NCBI RefSeq assembly: GCF_006345805.1
Contig: NW_021833025.1
Coordinates: 1-64,000, forward strand
Length of the DNA stretch: 64,000 nt
Direction: 5' to 3'
DNA from: Octopus sinensis
Lineage: Eukaryota
Notes under the pieces: generated by a model
Database searches by the model: none
What the model was told of the DNA's origin: nothing
Seen by the model: only the letters and a program-made list of their open reading frames with translations
Shown: positions 39,005 through 50,688 of the stretch, in pieces
How positions within the stretch are numbered: the first letter of the stretch is position 1
Layout: the number at the start of each line of letters is the position of its first letter
Program-made: the position numbers and the translations under genes

Positions 39005-39850
39005 TAACTCGAGTTTATAAAGAGCCTGGAGGTCAGCTCAACGACGTCGCGCTGCGTATCGAGTGGCAGTTTCCGCGGAGCACCGCGACCGAGATTCGCT
39101 GGAAGAGCCAGCTCGTCTTCCTCCGGTCGTTGGTCTTCCCGGCAATGTCGGTAAGAAGGCGAGTCGCAGACCCGCCGACGATTCCAGATGTTTCGAAGGT
39201 GAGGGGGACAAACTCGTAAGAGTCCGAAATACTTCCACACTTTATCCTCTTAGCGTCCTCAGCCTGAGCACTGGCAGAACCCGGGTTAGTGATGGTCTTG
39301 AGTAACATCGTCGCGGAGAACGAGTCAACACAAGTTGCATCCCAAATCAGGGACTTTCCTTTCCTAAAAGGGAAGGTAGTCATCCCGTCAGGACGCTTTC
39401 CATCACTCCGACAGAGACCGACTGGCTCTAGAGTGGAGGGGAAACCTGCCGACTCTAGTGCCCTTTTCACGACGTCATTGAGGTGAGTGTGGCAAGGAAT
39501 TCTGCCAGCACTCTTCTTGCACGATAGGGCGTGCAAACCGTTTGGCGAGATCGTAGACCCGCACCGGCATGGGTGGGGCTGACAGATGTCCAGGCCCAAG
39601 CGTAAGCAAACACCAATCCGTAAGGATTCGTCGTCCAGAAGTAGTCCCGTACTAGGGGTAGGACGGCAGCTTCACAGCCGTTTGGGATCCCGACTCCCAG
39701 TTGAAGTGGAGCTAGTTCGGCGAGGCGTAGACTGACGTGTCGTGCGGCAGCTTTAGCGGCAAGCCGGCGGAACAGGTTGCCAACAGCGATCGGACGAATA
39801 CCGCCGTCCTTTTTTTTGAATGCCAGTAGATGAGACGAGAAAAGTGACTT
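39005..39850 (-). mobile_element. CRE copy with most of the RT deleted
   Basis: KKDGGIRPIAVGNLFRR..GCEAAV jumps directly to TPSTGLLLDDE..CRCG..RPDG..ISVAVLRGN. Confidence 0.85.
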
Positions 39851-40149
39851 CGTAGCAAAATTCGAGTGTAACGAACCTTAAATTTCCTTCAAAATATCCA
39901 GATGAAACATTTAAACAAACAGAATTTGCAAATAAAAAGACATTTCTCCTGTAAAATAGATTTTTGCCTTTAAAATTCACGTAAATTTCTGCGTTTTAAT
40001 GATTTTTGAAGTATTTTGAATTTTTCTTATTTGTAAAAAATAAAAATTTGAAATCTCAAAATGCTATAATGGAATTCTTTCGTAGTTGTATAGAATACCT
40101 GACAAAACTCGGTGTAGAAACGGAGATGCTGCAACAGAAGGGGCAATTC

Positions 40150-40345
40150 AGCAACATAGTCCCCTCGAAAATCATCGCTGTGAATGCCCGATCTATCAAG
40201 AGACGGCATCACGACTTGTTGAGATGGTAAACAGTCCGTAACCTCACTATCACCGAGGGCAAGTTATCTGAATTCATCTCTATTGAGGTGAAAACCGATT
40301 CTTTCTGGCTAAAAGTCAGAGGCATATTGAGGTGAAAACCGATTC
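40150..40345 (+). mobile_element. Possible APE-domain LINE fragment
   Basis: KIIAVNARSIK resembles the APE first motif. A ~20-bp direct repeat TATTGAGGTGAAAACCGATT follows. Confidence 0.35.
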
Positions 40346-41660
40346 CCCCAGCATCAGTTAAAATTATTATTTGTCATTTTATTATATTTATTTTGACAAA
40401 ATCGATTTTAGAATAGATTTCGAATATTTTTTCAAAGTTTTTTAAGTACATAAGTGTAATCTCCTAAGCTATGTAACACCCTAGGCTCGTGACATAATAT
40501 ATTGAAGTATAAAAAACTACGACATCTGATAGTTAATGATCTTGTAAAAATGATCTGTTAACAGGTGACATGTAGCCAGCATGAGATGCGACATATTATC
40601 ACATTTCATGTTATTTTGAAACTACCTTTTAGTGACCAAATTAAAGTCTTTGGTTGTTAATTTCTAAGCATCTGCTAACGTTTAGCCGTTAAACAAGCTT
40701 TGAAGCTTAATCCATGGATTTACTGAATGAACATAAAAGACAATCTTCAATCCACTCAATGCTTGTTTTTATCATTACAGAAATATCAAGCGTGTAGACG
40801 GGAAGTGAGAATTTAATTGCTGTGAATACTTAAGTTACTTAATTAAGTAAAATATTGATTTTAAAAAATAAATAAACAGGAAGTAATGAATTTAGTAGTT
40901 GGAAAATTTCATCAGTTTCGTTGATATTAAAAAATATATTGAAGATTTAGAATATGCTACTGCAGGAAACTTGAAATTCAACTAATGATGAGCTGTTAAG
41001 AGCTTTTTCACGTAGCTCTAAGAGGGTTTGCCCTAAGCTATGATAGCCATTTTCGAGTTCTTTCTTGTTGGAAACAATATATGGTGATGTTTTTTCTATT
41101 CCTATGATGAGGTCGCAAAACATTTTGGAAAAAAGTAAGGGTGCGAGCGATAGAAGGAAAGGTTTATTTTGTTTTTGACAAGAGACATCCTTATTGTATT
41201 GGTTTCGGTCGTTTAGAATAAAAAATATTAAATAACAAAATTTGATTAACATAAATTGATTTTATGGCGATAGACTTCAAATTAAATCATAACAATATGA
41301 GCAAGAGGTGGAATAAGATGACTTATATACAAGGATAAATAGGACTCTACCTGTAAAGTCATTTTGATCATCTGCTTAAAGTAGTTTCTAAAATTTGAAG
41401 TGCGGCAGGAGTATCTGATCAACAAAGATTAGTCTATTTTTAATAAAAATAAGGTAATTAATCCTAGTTGATGAAAAAAGTAGTCAATAATTTGTTAAAT
41501 GCCGGTCAATTATTAAAATAATCATCAAGTAACATGTCTGATCCACCATTTGAATATAAATTTAAAGTTTATCAATTAAATTGCTAGACACAACAAATTA
41601 TTGCAGCCAATATTAATAATAAACACAAAAATCGAACATTTAAAATAGAAAACGTTACAT

Positions 41661-42137
41661 TTATTGCAATGAATTAGCCTTCAAAAGTGCCTTTTTATCA
41701 CACTTGAGTACAGACATCCGATTATGTAGTGGGAGTTCAGTATTTTTATTACACAGACTGCATTTTATCGTCCATCCAGTCTTGCAGAGTTGTTTGATAA
41801 TACATCGGTGGCACATTGTATGTTGACATTTTGTGAGAATTTCTGGCTTTCTTTTGCATTCGTTGTAAATAAAGCTACATGAGCTACAAATTCCATTGTT
41901 TTCTTGTTCAATAATAACCCCGTCCGACTCTTCTGATATTTTTTCTTCTATTGGCTCTTCAAAAACTTTTTTTTTCTTTTTCTTTGGAATGTCTAGTCCA
42001 AACCCATTAAATGGATCAAACACGCGATCATTTTTACGTGGTTCAAGTTTACTATAATCTATATCAGAATTCTCACTATCGAGGCACAAAGGTTTCATCA
42101 CAAGTTTTTCTGGGTTCCTGCTTGATCGGAAAGCCAA
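41661..42137 (-). CDS. C3HC4 RING-finger protein (start uncertain)
   Basis: CSSC..KCQHTMCHRC..CSLC spacing, with a poly-Lys NLS-like stretch upstream. Confidence 0.8.
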   Translation of the reverse strand: MAFRSSRNPEKLVMKPLCLDSENSDIDYSKLEPRKNDRVFDPFNGFGLDIPKKKKKKVFEEPIEEKISEESDGVIIEQENNGICSSCSFIYNECKRKPEILTKCQHTMCHRCIIKQLCKTGWTIKCSLCNKNTELPLHNRMSVLKCDKKALLKANSLQ

Positions 42138-43144
42138 AATAAAGTGAGTAATCCATTACGATTCCGCGAAAAAGTCTCAATTATAGTAAATTCTGGCGCA
42201 AGTGTATTTATAGTATACGCTTGATTGTTTTGAATTGGCGGGAGCCCTGTTATTTGAAACACAATTTAATTGTAAGTAGTTTGTTTAATAAATTACTCAG
42301 TCTTTTATTTGATTATTTAATCAATTTTTATATAGATGCTATTTATTTAGTTAGATTTAGTCGTATGAAATTCTTTTTCAACCGAAGAGATCAAAATTTA
42401 AAAAAATATACAAGAGGAAATAAATTATGTATAAAACAATTTTCATTTTAAAAATATTCTTAGTCCCATATAAGTTGTAGAATGATTAAAATTCAAAGAG
42501 GTTATTCTATTTTTACTAATAATTGAAAATGTTCGATAACATTACTAAGTAGTTTCTTATTGGAACTTTGTACTTGTCTGGATTACAAATAGTGATAATT
42601 AGGAATTTAAAATAATAATCATTAAAAAGCAATTTAAAAATTAAATATTTTAGAACCCACTTTGGAGAGAAAAGAACATTTGGGCTTTTTCAGAAACCCC
42701 AACACGGTGGATTCTTTCCGGCCAGATTCGCCAATTTCGGGGATCGGCAAAATATCGATTTTTTAATCAATAAAAAATTTAAATTATTAAGCCAAAAAAA
42801 TTAATTAAAACCAAAATAATTAGTAAGTTTCGACTTGTTTCTTTTTCGAGTTTGGATCATTGAAGATCCAATGTTTTCAATTTACTCAAGACTGATTTTA
42901 TTTTTGATTAATTCAATGAAATCTGATACTAAATTAGGGTCAAAATTTGGAGTTGCAGATTCTCCATGCATATTACGTAACTTCAAACCATTTCTTTTTT
43001 AATTTAACTAGCCACCTTTTGCTTCCTTTAAATTCAGTAATCCCGAGATTCAATGCAAAGGCTTTTGCTTTCTCAGTAATAATCCTAGACACTTTAGTTT
43101 TGCTTGTGCATGACAACACACTTTATTTTTTTAAAGAAAGAACA

Positions 43145-43453
43145 GTTATTACTAACAAGGCCCAGGGACAGTCTTTAAAGGTAGTAGGCTTATTTTTAGA
43201 GAACGAGTGCTTTTCACATGGCCAGCTGTATGTGGGGTGCTCAAGGGTAGGTAGAAGAGAAATTTTTATATTTGCCAAGGATGGACGGACTGCAAACATC
43301 GTTTATCCACAGGCCTTAGAATAAGGTTATATCAAAGCAGGTCGCATTTATATATCTACATAAATTTATAGTTATTTAAGGAAACTGCGAGCGTAGCGAG
43401 CAGGGCCTCCGCAGGAGCTAGCTCGCAGTGAGCGAAGCGAACTGCTGAGCTAG
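43145..43453 (+). mobile_element. Helitron 3' end with helicase C-terminus
   Basis: TNKAQGQSLKVVGLFLENECFSHGQLYVGCSRVG..NIVYP then a stop, a GC-rich hairpin region, and terminal CTAG (43450-43453) followed by T. Confidence 0.85.
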
Positions 43454-43567
43454 TTATATTAAATTTTCTACGTAAATTTATTTAGTGAAATTTATGTAAA
43501 GTGTATTATCCAATCAAAGCCATTATACTTAATTGCCTCTATGTTTAAAGGAATTGAAACTTTAGCA

Positions 43568-44425
43568 CAGCGGTTCTCAAATGCGGCCCCCGGGGCCGCA
43601 TGTGGCCCCCAGGATTTTTTTTGCGGCACCCTCTAGAGTAACTAACTTTTTTAATTTTTAATAATGTTTAAATTTAATTATTCATTCTTAAGGTTAAACA
43701 TATCCATAATTGGTGATTTCATTAATCAATTTGAAGCACGTTTTGGGGTACATTTATATAAATTGGCACAGCGGCGAGGAGGGCAAAGACCCGGAAGAAA
43801 GACAAGTACGCCTCGCTCGCCGACAGATCCTCTTTGTGCCTGTTTCAGTCGAAACATCAGGCACATTCGGCCCAGCCACGCTACGTTTTCTCACCGAGAG
43901 AGGCCGTCACCTCGGGAGGATTAGAAACGACCCCCGCGAGGTCAATCAGCTTTTTGAGCGCGTCTCAATAGCCGTACTCAGGGGGAACAGTTTCTCTTTC
44001 TCTCTGCGGCTAGTAGCTGACTTCCTGTTCCATTTTCTTTTCTATTTCGAAATTAAAAAAAAAATTTATATAAATTTAATTTTAGAATTTTAAAGAATTC
44101 ATTCCTTTAATGAGAATATTCTCAACTCCATTCAGCGAAATAAATAGGAGGCGCCTGCAAAGTTTCAACTAGAACTCATTAATTTACAACATGATATAGA
44201 ACTGGCGGCATTGTTCAAAAATGCGTCCATTATTATTTTTACGAATAATTCCTCAAGACAAATTCAAAAATATAACACACAATGCATATATAAAATCTAC
44301 ATATTTATGCGAATCAATATTTAGTAAAATGGAAAATATAAAAAATATAAAATATTTTTTGTGCGGCCCGCGAAGCTAATCTTAATTATCGATTTGGCCC
44401 TTGAGCTAAAAGGTTGAAACCCCTG
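43568..44425 (+). mobile_element. Non-autonomous hAT (Buster-type)
   Basis: Imperfect TIR CAGCGGTTCTCAA / TTGAAACCCCTG. 8-bp nnnTAnnn TSD CTTTAGCA at 43560-43567 and 44426-44433. Confidence 0.9.
43765..44063 (+). mobile_element. CRE 3' stub nested in the hAT
   Basis: FVPVSVETSG..LFERVSIAVLRGN with an A-tail. 13-bp TSD ATTTATATAAATT at 43752-43764 and 44064-44076. Confidence 0.9.
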
Positions 44426-44742
44426 CTTTAGCATAATCGAACTTGTCTGTTTCGGTAAAGAAAATGATAATCAGCTTCATCTTTGTAGTATTATAAGGAA
44501 AAAAATTAAAGCCTGTTAAATCAAGGAGATTTAAATATAGGCAAATTGAAATTTACATGACTAATTTAAATTTTATTTGCCTCTATCTTTTAAGAAATCT
44601 AAACAGTAGCATAATCGAATTTGTCAGTTTCGGCAGTTAAAAAAATCAATTATGTAAATCTCTATAATTTTGCTTTTTCCTTTTTAGTGGTTTTCAAATC
44701 TGATAATTGCACAGTCTATTCATGGTCGATAACAATTAGAGC

Positions 44743-44829
44743 TTTTATTTTATTTTTTTAACGAAATTTAACAAAAAAGAATTTATGTCATCGAAAAAAG
44801 ATAGCTAAGCTAATTAATGGCCTCACGAG
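44743..44829 (-). mobile_element. CRE 3'-UTR stub abutting the satellite
   Basis: 44799-44829 matches the reverse complement of 55814-55844 at 28 of 31 nt, followed by an A-rich tail. Confidence 0.55.
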
Positions 44830-47800
44830 GCTTGAAGGTTGTGGAGGACCTCATCATGTGAGTCGAGGACTTTCTTGTCGTCCATTTTAACAAAAACGCA
44901 GAAAATATTTTTTTTAATTTTTGGCTTGAAGGTTTTGGGGGACCACATCATGTGAGTCGAGGACTTTCTTGTTGTTCATTTTAACAAAAACGCAGAAAAT
45001 AATTTTTTTTAATTTTTTGGCTTGAAGGTTTTGAGGGACCACATCATGTGAGTCGAGGACTTTCTTGTTGTTCATTTTAACAAAAACGCAGAAAATAATT
45101 TTTTTTAATTTTTTGGCTTGAAGGTTTTGAGGGACCACATCATGTGAGTCGAGGACTTTCTTGTTGTTCATTTTAAAACAAAACGCAGAAAATAATTTTT
45201 TTTAATTTTTTGGCTTGAAGGTTTTGGGGGACCACATCATGTGAGTCGAGGACTTTCTTGTTGTTTATTTAACAAAAACGCAGAAATAATTTTTTTTATT
45301 TTGGCTTGAAAGTTTTGGGGGACACACACATGTGAGTCGAGGACTTTCTGTTGTTCATTTTAACAAAAACGCAGAAATAATTTTTTTAATTTTTTTACCT
45401 GAAGGTTTTGGGGGACCCATCATGTGAGTCGAGGACTTTCTTGTTGTTCATTTTAACAAAACGCAGAAATAATTTTTTTAATTTTTTACCTTGAGGTTTT
45501 GGGGGACCACATCATGTGAGTCGAGGACTTTCTTGTTCATTTTAACAAAAACGCAGAAAATAATTTTTTTAATTTTTTAGCTTGAAGGTTTTGGGGGACC
45601 ACATCATGTGAGTCGAGGACTTTCTTGTTGTTCATTTTAACAAAAACGCAGAAAATAATTTTTTTAATTTTTTGGCTTGAAGGTTTTGGGGGACCACATC
45701 ATGTGAGTCGAGGACTTTCTTGTTGGTCATTTTAACAAAAACGCAGAAAATAATTTTTTTAATTTTTTAGCTTGAAGGTTTTGGGGGACCACATCATGTG
45801 AGTCGAGGACTTTCTTGTTGTTCATTTTAACAAAACGCAGAAATAATTTTTATTTTTTTTTATTTTTTTTGCTTGAAGGTTTGGGGGACCACATCATGTG
45901 AGTCGAGGACTTTCTTGTTGTTCCTTTTAACAAAAACGCAGAAAATAATTTTTTTTTAATTTTTTGCTTGAAGGTTTTGGGGGACCACATCATGTGAGTC
46001 GAGGACTTTCTTGTTGTTCATTTTAACAAAAACGCAGAAAATAATTTTTTTTTAATTTTTTGGCTTGAAGGTTTTGGGGGACCACATCATGTGAGTCGAG
46101 GACTTTCTTGTTGTTCATTTTAACAAAAACGCAGAAAATAATTTTTTTTAATTTTTTGGCTTGAAGGTTTTGGGGGACCACATCATGTGAGTCGAGGACT
46201 TTCTTGTTGTTCATTTTAACAAAAACGCAGAAAATAATTTTTTTAATTTTTTGGCTTGAAGGTTTTGGGGGACCACATCATGTGAGTCGAGGACTTTCTT
46301 GTTGTTCATTTTAACAAAACGCAGAAAATAATTTTTTTAATTTTTTAGCTTGAAGGTTTTGGGGGACCACATCATGTGAGTCGAGGACTTTCTTGTTGTT
46401 CATTTTAACAAAAACGCAGAAAATAATTTTTTTTAATTTTTTGGCTTGAAGGTTTTGGGGGACCACATCATGTGAGTCGAGGACTTTCTTGTTGGTCATT
46501 TTAACAAAACGCAGAAAATAATTTTTTTAATTTTTTAGCTTGAAGGTTTGGGGGACCACATCATGTGAGTCGAGGACTTTCTTGTTGTTCATTTTAACAA
46601 AAACGCAGAAATAATTTTTTTAATTTTTTGGCTTGAAGGTTTTGGGGGACCACATCATGTGAGTCGAGGACTTTCTTGTTGTTCATTTTAACAAAAACGC
46701 AGAAAATAATTTTTTTAATTTTTTGGCTTGAAGGTTTTGGGGGACCACATCATGTGAGTCGAGGACTTTCTTGTTGTTCATTTTAACAAAAACGCAGAAA
46801 ATAATTTTTTTTAATTTTTTGGCTTGAAGGTTTGGGGGACCACATCATGTGAGTCGAGGACTTTCTTGTTGTTCATTTTAACAAAAACGCAGAAAATAAT
46901 TTTTTTTAATTTTTTGCTTGAAGGTTTTGGGGGACCACATCATGTGAGTCGAGGACTTTCTTGTTGTTCATTTTAACAAAAACGCAGAAAATAATTTTTT
47001 TTAATTTTTTGGCTTGAAGGTTTTGGGGGACCACATCATGTGAGTCGAGGACTTTCTTGTTGTTCATTTTAACAAAACGCAGAATAATTTTTTTTAATTT
47101 TTTGGCTTGAAGGTTTTGGGGGACCACATCATGTGAGTCGAGGACTTTCTTGTTGTTCATTTTAACAAAAACGCAGAAAATAATTTTTTTTTAATTTTTT
47201 GGCTTGAAGGTTTTGGGGGACCACATCATGTGAGTCGAGGACTTTCTTGTTGTTCATTTTACAAAACGCAGAAAATAATTTTTTTAATTTTTTGGCTTGA
47301 AGGTTTTGGGGGACCACATCATGTGAGTCGAGGACTTTCTTGTTGTTCATTTTAACAAAAACGCAGAAAATAATTTTTTTTATTTTTTACCTTGAAGGTT
47401 TTGGGGGACCACATCATGTGAGTCGAGGACTTTCTTGTTGTTCATTTTAACAAAAACGCAGAAAATAATTTTTTTAATTTTTTTAGCTGAAGGTTTTGGG
47501 GGACCACATCATGTGAGTCGAGGACTTTCTGTTGTTCATTTTAACAAAAACGCAGAAAATAATTTTTTTTAATTTTTTGGCTTGAAGGTTTTGGGGGACC
47601 ACATCATGTGAGTCGAGGACTTTCTTGTTGTTCATTTTAACAAAAACGCAGAAAATAATTTTTTTAATTTTTTGGCTTGAAGGTTTTGGGGGACCACATC
47701 ATGTGAGTCGAGGACTTTCTTGTTGGTCATTTTAACAAAACGCAGAAAATAATTTTTTTAATTTTTTAGCTTGAAGGTTTTGGGGGACCACATCATGTGA

Positions 47801-47878
47801 GTCGAGGACTTTCTTGTTGTTCATTTTAACAAAAACGCAGAAAATTGACTTGAAGGTTTGGGGGACCTCATCATCGAG
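44830..47878. repeat. Tandem satellite, ~32 copies of a ~95-bp unit
   Basis: Unit GGCTTGAAGGTTTTGGGGGACCACATCATGTGAGTCGAGGACTTTCTTGTTGTTCATTTTAACAAAAACGCAGAAAATAATTTTTTTTAATTTTTT. Variation is mostly in homopolymer length, and the edge units are diverged. Confidence 0.98.
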
Positions 47879-48061
47879 GATATTCTTTCTTATTAAAATT
47901 TTTTGACAGGAAGGTTCTTAGAGGATATCAACCTTTATTGTGCCTCATTATCGAATAACTACAAAAGGGAAGGTTTTGACAATTTGATCTGGTTTGTAAC
48001 AATTTGAATGTGGGTGTGCACAGACAGACAGACAGACACACCCATACCATTTTTATTAAGA
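47879..48061 (-). mobile_element. Helitron 5' end leading into the satellite
   Basis: A|TCTTAATAAAAATGG..(GTCT)n..TTCAAATTG..CCTTCCC is homologous to the 5' ends at 276 and 4720. Confidence 0.7.
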
Positions 48062-48199
48062 TTAATCCGAGAGAATTTTAATAGAACAACAATTATGAAA
48101 ATAAAACAAGCAATGATTAATTTTTTATTAATAATCTGCTCACAGTCGATTCTGCTCCTCTTTGAGGCAGAGCCAATCTTTTTGATGGGCACACTTATT

Positions 48200-48790
48200 C
48201 ATCTTGGAGGGCCGACCTCTTCTGTGGGCGTTCTCAATTCCGATTCAATAGCCTCACTCTGCAAAGCTTCCTCCGTTGTTCCACTTTTAAACCCAGTCTT
48301 TTGGCATTTTTCAGACAGGATCATTCCAAACTTATATTCTATACGCATACATTCCAATGTTTTCTGGATAACCACCGATTGAATGTAAGCTTGTGTGGGT
48401 CTTTCGAGACCGATTGACTTGCAGTCATGTTTATAGAATTTACTCACAACACCGCCCCATGTTAGTACCAATGGTACTAGTTACCTTTGCATTGTGGATT
48501 ACTCCCAGTTCACTGGCAAGAAACTTGTATTTATGGAGCTTTTTTATCTCAACTTGCTTGGGGTTTTTTGGGAGATGATCCCAATTCTATAAGCGTGATA
48601 TTGTTTGTCATTTTGTCGAAGTATGAAAATGTCCAGCTTGTTATTTTCGCCTTTTGTATCCATATTTATTGTCGTGTCAACACAAATCTCCACAGAGTCA
48701 TTTGCAGTTACTGACTGAACACAATGAGTTTTCAACCTTATGGAGTTCTTAATTACATACTTCCTGCATAAATGCAGCTGGAGAATCACG
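48200..48790 (-). mobile_element. R4-like RLE remnant
   Basis: LHLCRKY..RLKTHCVQSV..VEICVDT and VLTWGGVVSKFYK..AYIQSVVIQKTLE match the C-terminus of the 33-36 kb element. Confidence 0.75.
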
Positions 48791-48889
48791 CGTACTATAA
48801 ATTTCTAGACTGTAGCACAATTATCAAATCAAATAACTTTTTAAAATTTCAAAGATAATTAAAAATAAATAAAGTTAATCTCCCATTTC

Positions 48890-49190
48890 CGAAATTTGTT
48901 GGAATTACGACAAATGGGGCTCCTTCTATGCTTGCGAACTAAAGTGCACAATTATATTACTCCAAAAAAATGTAGAATCTTGGTATTCAGCACATTTTGA
49001 TTAAGATTCACTGTGTTATTCATTAAGAGGCGGTTGCTAAATCATTCAATGACAGTGGATGCTGCTTTTAATTTTATTTTATCCCATGGCTTAAATAATC
49101 GGCATTTCAGACAATTTGTAATGGATACTGAGGCACAATATGGAGATCTCTTATACTTTACTAATGTGAGATGTGTGATATCTCGCTACT
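48890..49190 (+). mobile_element. hAT transposase core remnant (GTF2IRD2/SPIN-like)
   Basis: TTNGAPSM, HCVIH and NFILSHGLNNRHF..YGDLLYFTNVR motifs. Confidence 0.7.
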
Positions 49191-49402
49191 GCAATTGCAC
49201 ATCAAATGGAATTATTTGAAATTCAATGCGAAACTCTACTTAAATAAAAATATTTTCTTGTTTGGATATTTTGAGGTTCCACAAAAAATTTGTATGTCAA
49301 AAAATATTTACATTTAATCGACAATGCTAAGAAAATGACTTCCTTATTTTATGTAAAAGTTTATTAAAAAAGAAACTAATTAACTAAGTAATTTTTTTAA
49401 CT

Positions 49403-50688
49403 GCCGGAAGAGTGGATCTAGGTCTTCCACGATATTTGTCTCCATGTTCGGAGAAATAATCGTCCATTTCCCGATTGGCCGGAGCTCTGGGGTCCATTCG
49501 CAAAATATGGCCAAATAATTTCCACCGGCCTCCAATGATTTCTTGAGACAACGGCGTAGCATCGTAATGTTTATACAGAGATAGATTATTAATTTTTGAT
49601 GGCCAGTGTATTCCGTGTAAGAGACGTAGTTCTTTACGGTGAAAAGAGTCTATAGTCTTCAGTTCAGTGTCCGAGATCCCCCATGTTGACGAGTTGTATA
49701 GTAGAACAGGCTTTACGAATGCATTATAAAGCCTTGATCTGAGAGCCCGATTTATCGGCCAAGCTTGAAGCCATTTTTTACGTATTCTGCTCAGAGCTGC
49801 GGTAGCAAGCATCTTTCTACGAGAAATGTCTTCACTATCTCCAAGTAGGGAGCCGAGTTTGTTGGCAGTCCTCCATGTTTCGCCAATTCTAGTGTCCATT
49901 TGTTTTATCTCCGTCAATTCAGTTTTGGAAGTGTTAATTATCAGGAACCATTTGTTAAGTACCCGTGGGGAATTGTTTAGTAGATGAATTAGATCATCTA
50001 TGTTGTCCGAGGCAAAGTCCACATCGTCGGCATATACAATTTCGGTAATAGAATCATTATAGAAAGTTCTCAAATCTCTCAAGGCGGCTTCCAGATAGAT
50101 TACAAATAGCAGGGGGGAGAGAGTCTCCCTAAGGCCTGCCGACATTCGTTTTGAACCGCCTGGAGGAGACTGACCTAATACGAACAGAAAGTTCTGTCTT
50201 AGCAAGTAGTAATCGTATCATTCTCACTTCATCCACCTCTAGGAAGCTTTCCAGAACCCCGATGAGTAGGTCACGACGGACACAGTCAAAAGCCTTTGAC
50301 ATATCGATACCAAGGATAGCCGTAGCTTTTTTAAATTTTTGCTGGACAGCGCAGCGCCATCTGTGAATCCAGACTATATCAGCTGTGGATCTTCCAGCTC
50401 TGAATCCACTGTGACTGGGGGAGAGATATTCATTAACAGTTCGGGTTATGCGACCGAGTGTAATGAGTGAGAAAAGTTTTCTCAGAGTGTTTAGTAGTAT
50501 TTCGGGACGGACGGGATCTCAAACTTCATGGCAAAAGTTTCAAAAACTAAGACGACCTAGAATCTTTGCGGGATCTCGCCCGCAACAGATGGGCATGGAC
50601 AAGGATGGTCCAGAAGATTGTTTCGCTTGTGACACGTGTGGGATTATAATTTTGTTTATGTTCCTACGGAATGTGTTATAATAATAAT
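49403..50688. mobile_element. RTE-like LINE with 5' inversion (minus-strand body 49403-~50510, plus-strand 3' end ~50510-50688)
   Basis: Minus strand: RP..LLNTLRK, YADD, LYNAFVKPVLLY, LFGHILR and RGRPRSTLPAV. Plus strand: GRDLKL..DDLESLRDLARNR..W then an (AAT)n tail. Flanking repeat AATTTTTT(T)AACT. Confidence 0.85.

Noticed and set aside
40947-41252. 101-aa minus-strand ORF as a host gene
   Set aside because: It is plausible as an exon, but there is no motif or clear splice partner.
44914-47350. Repetitive ORFs MNNKKVLDSHDVVPQNLQAK
   Set aside because: These are translations of the satellite. Frames break at variable homopolymers.
44830-47878. CRISPR array
   Set aside because: Whole units are repeated with no unique spacers, the context is eukaryotic, and there are no cas genes.
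44830-47878. Hammerhead ribozyme in the monomer (minus strand GAAAGTCCTCGACTC..ATGATG)
   Set aside because: A stem-III-like hairpin exists, but the CUGANGA core is mismatched and there is no room for stem I.
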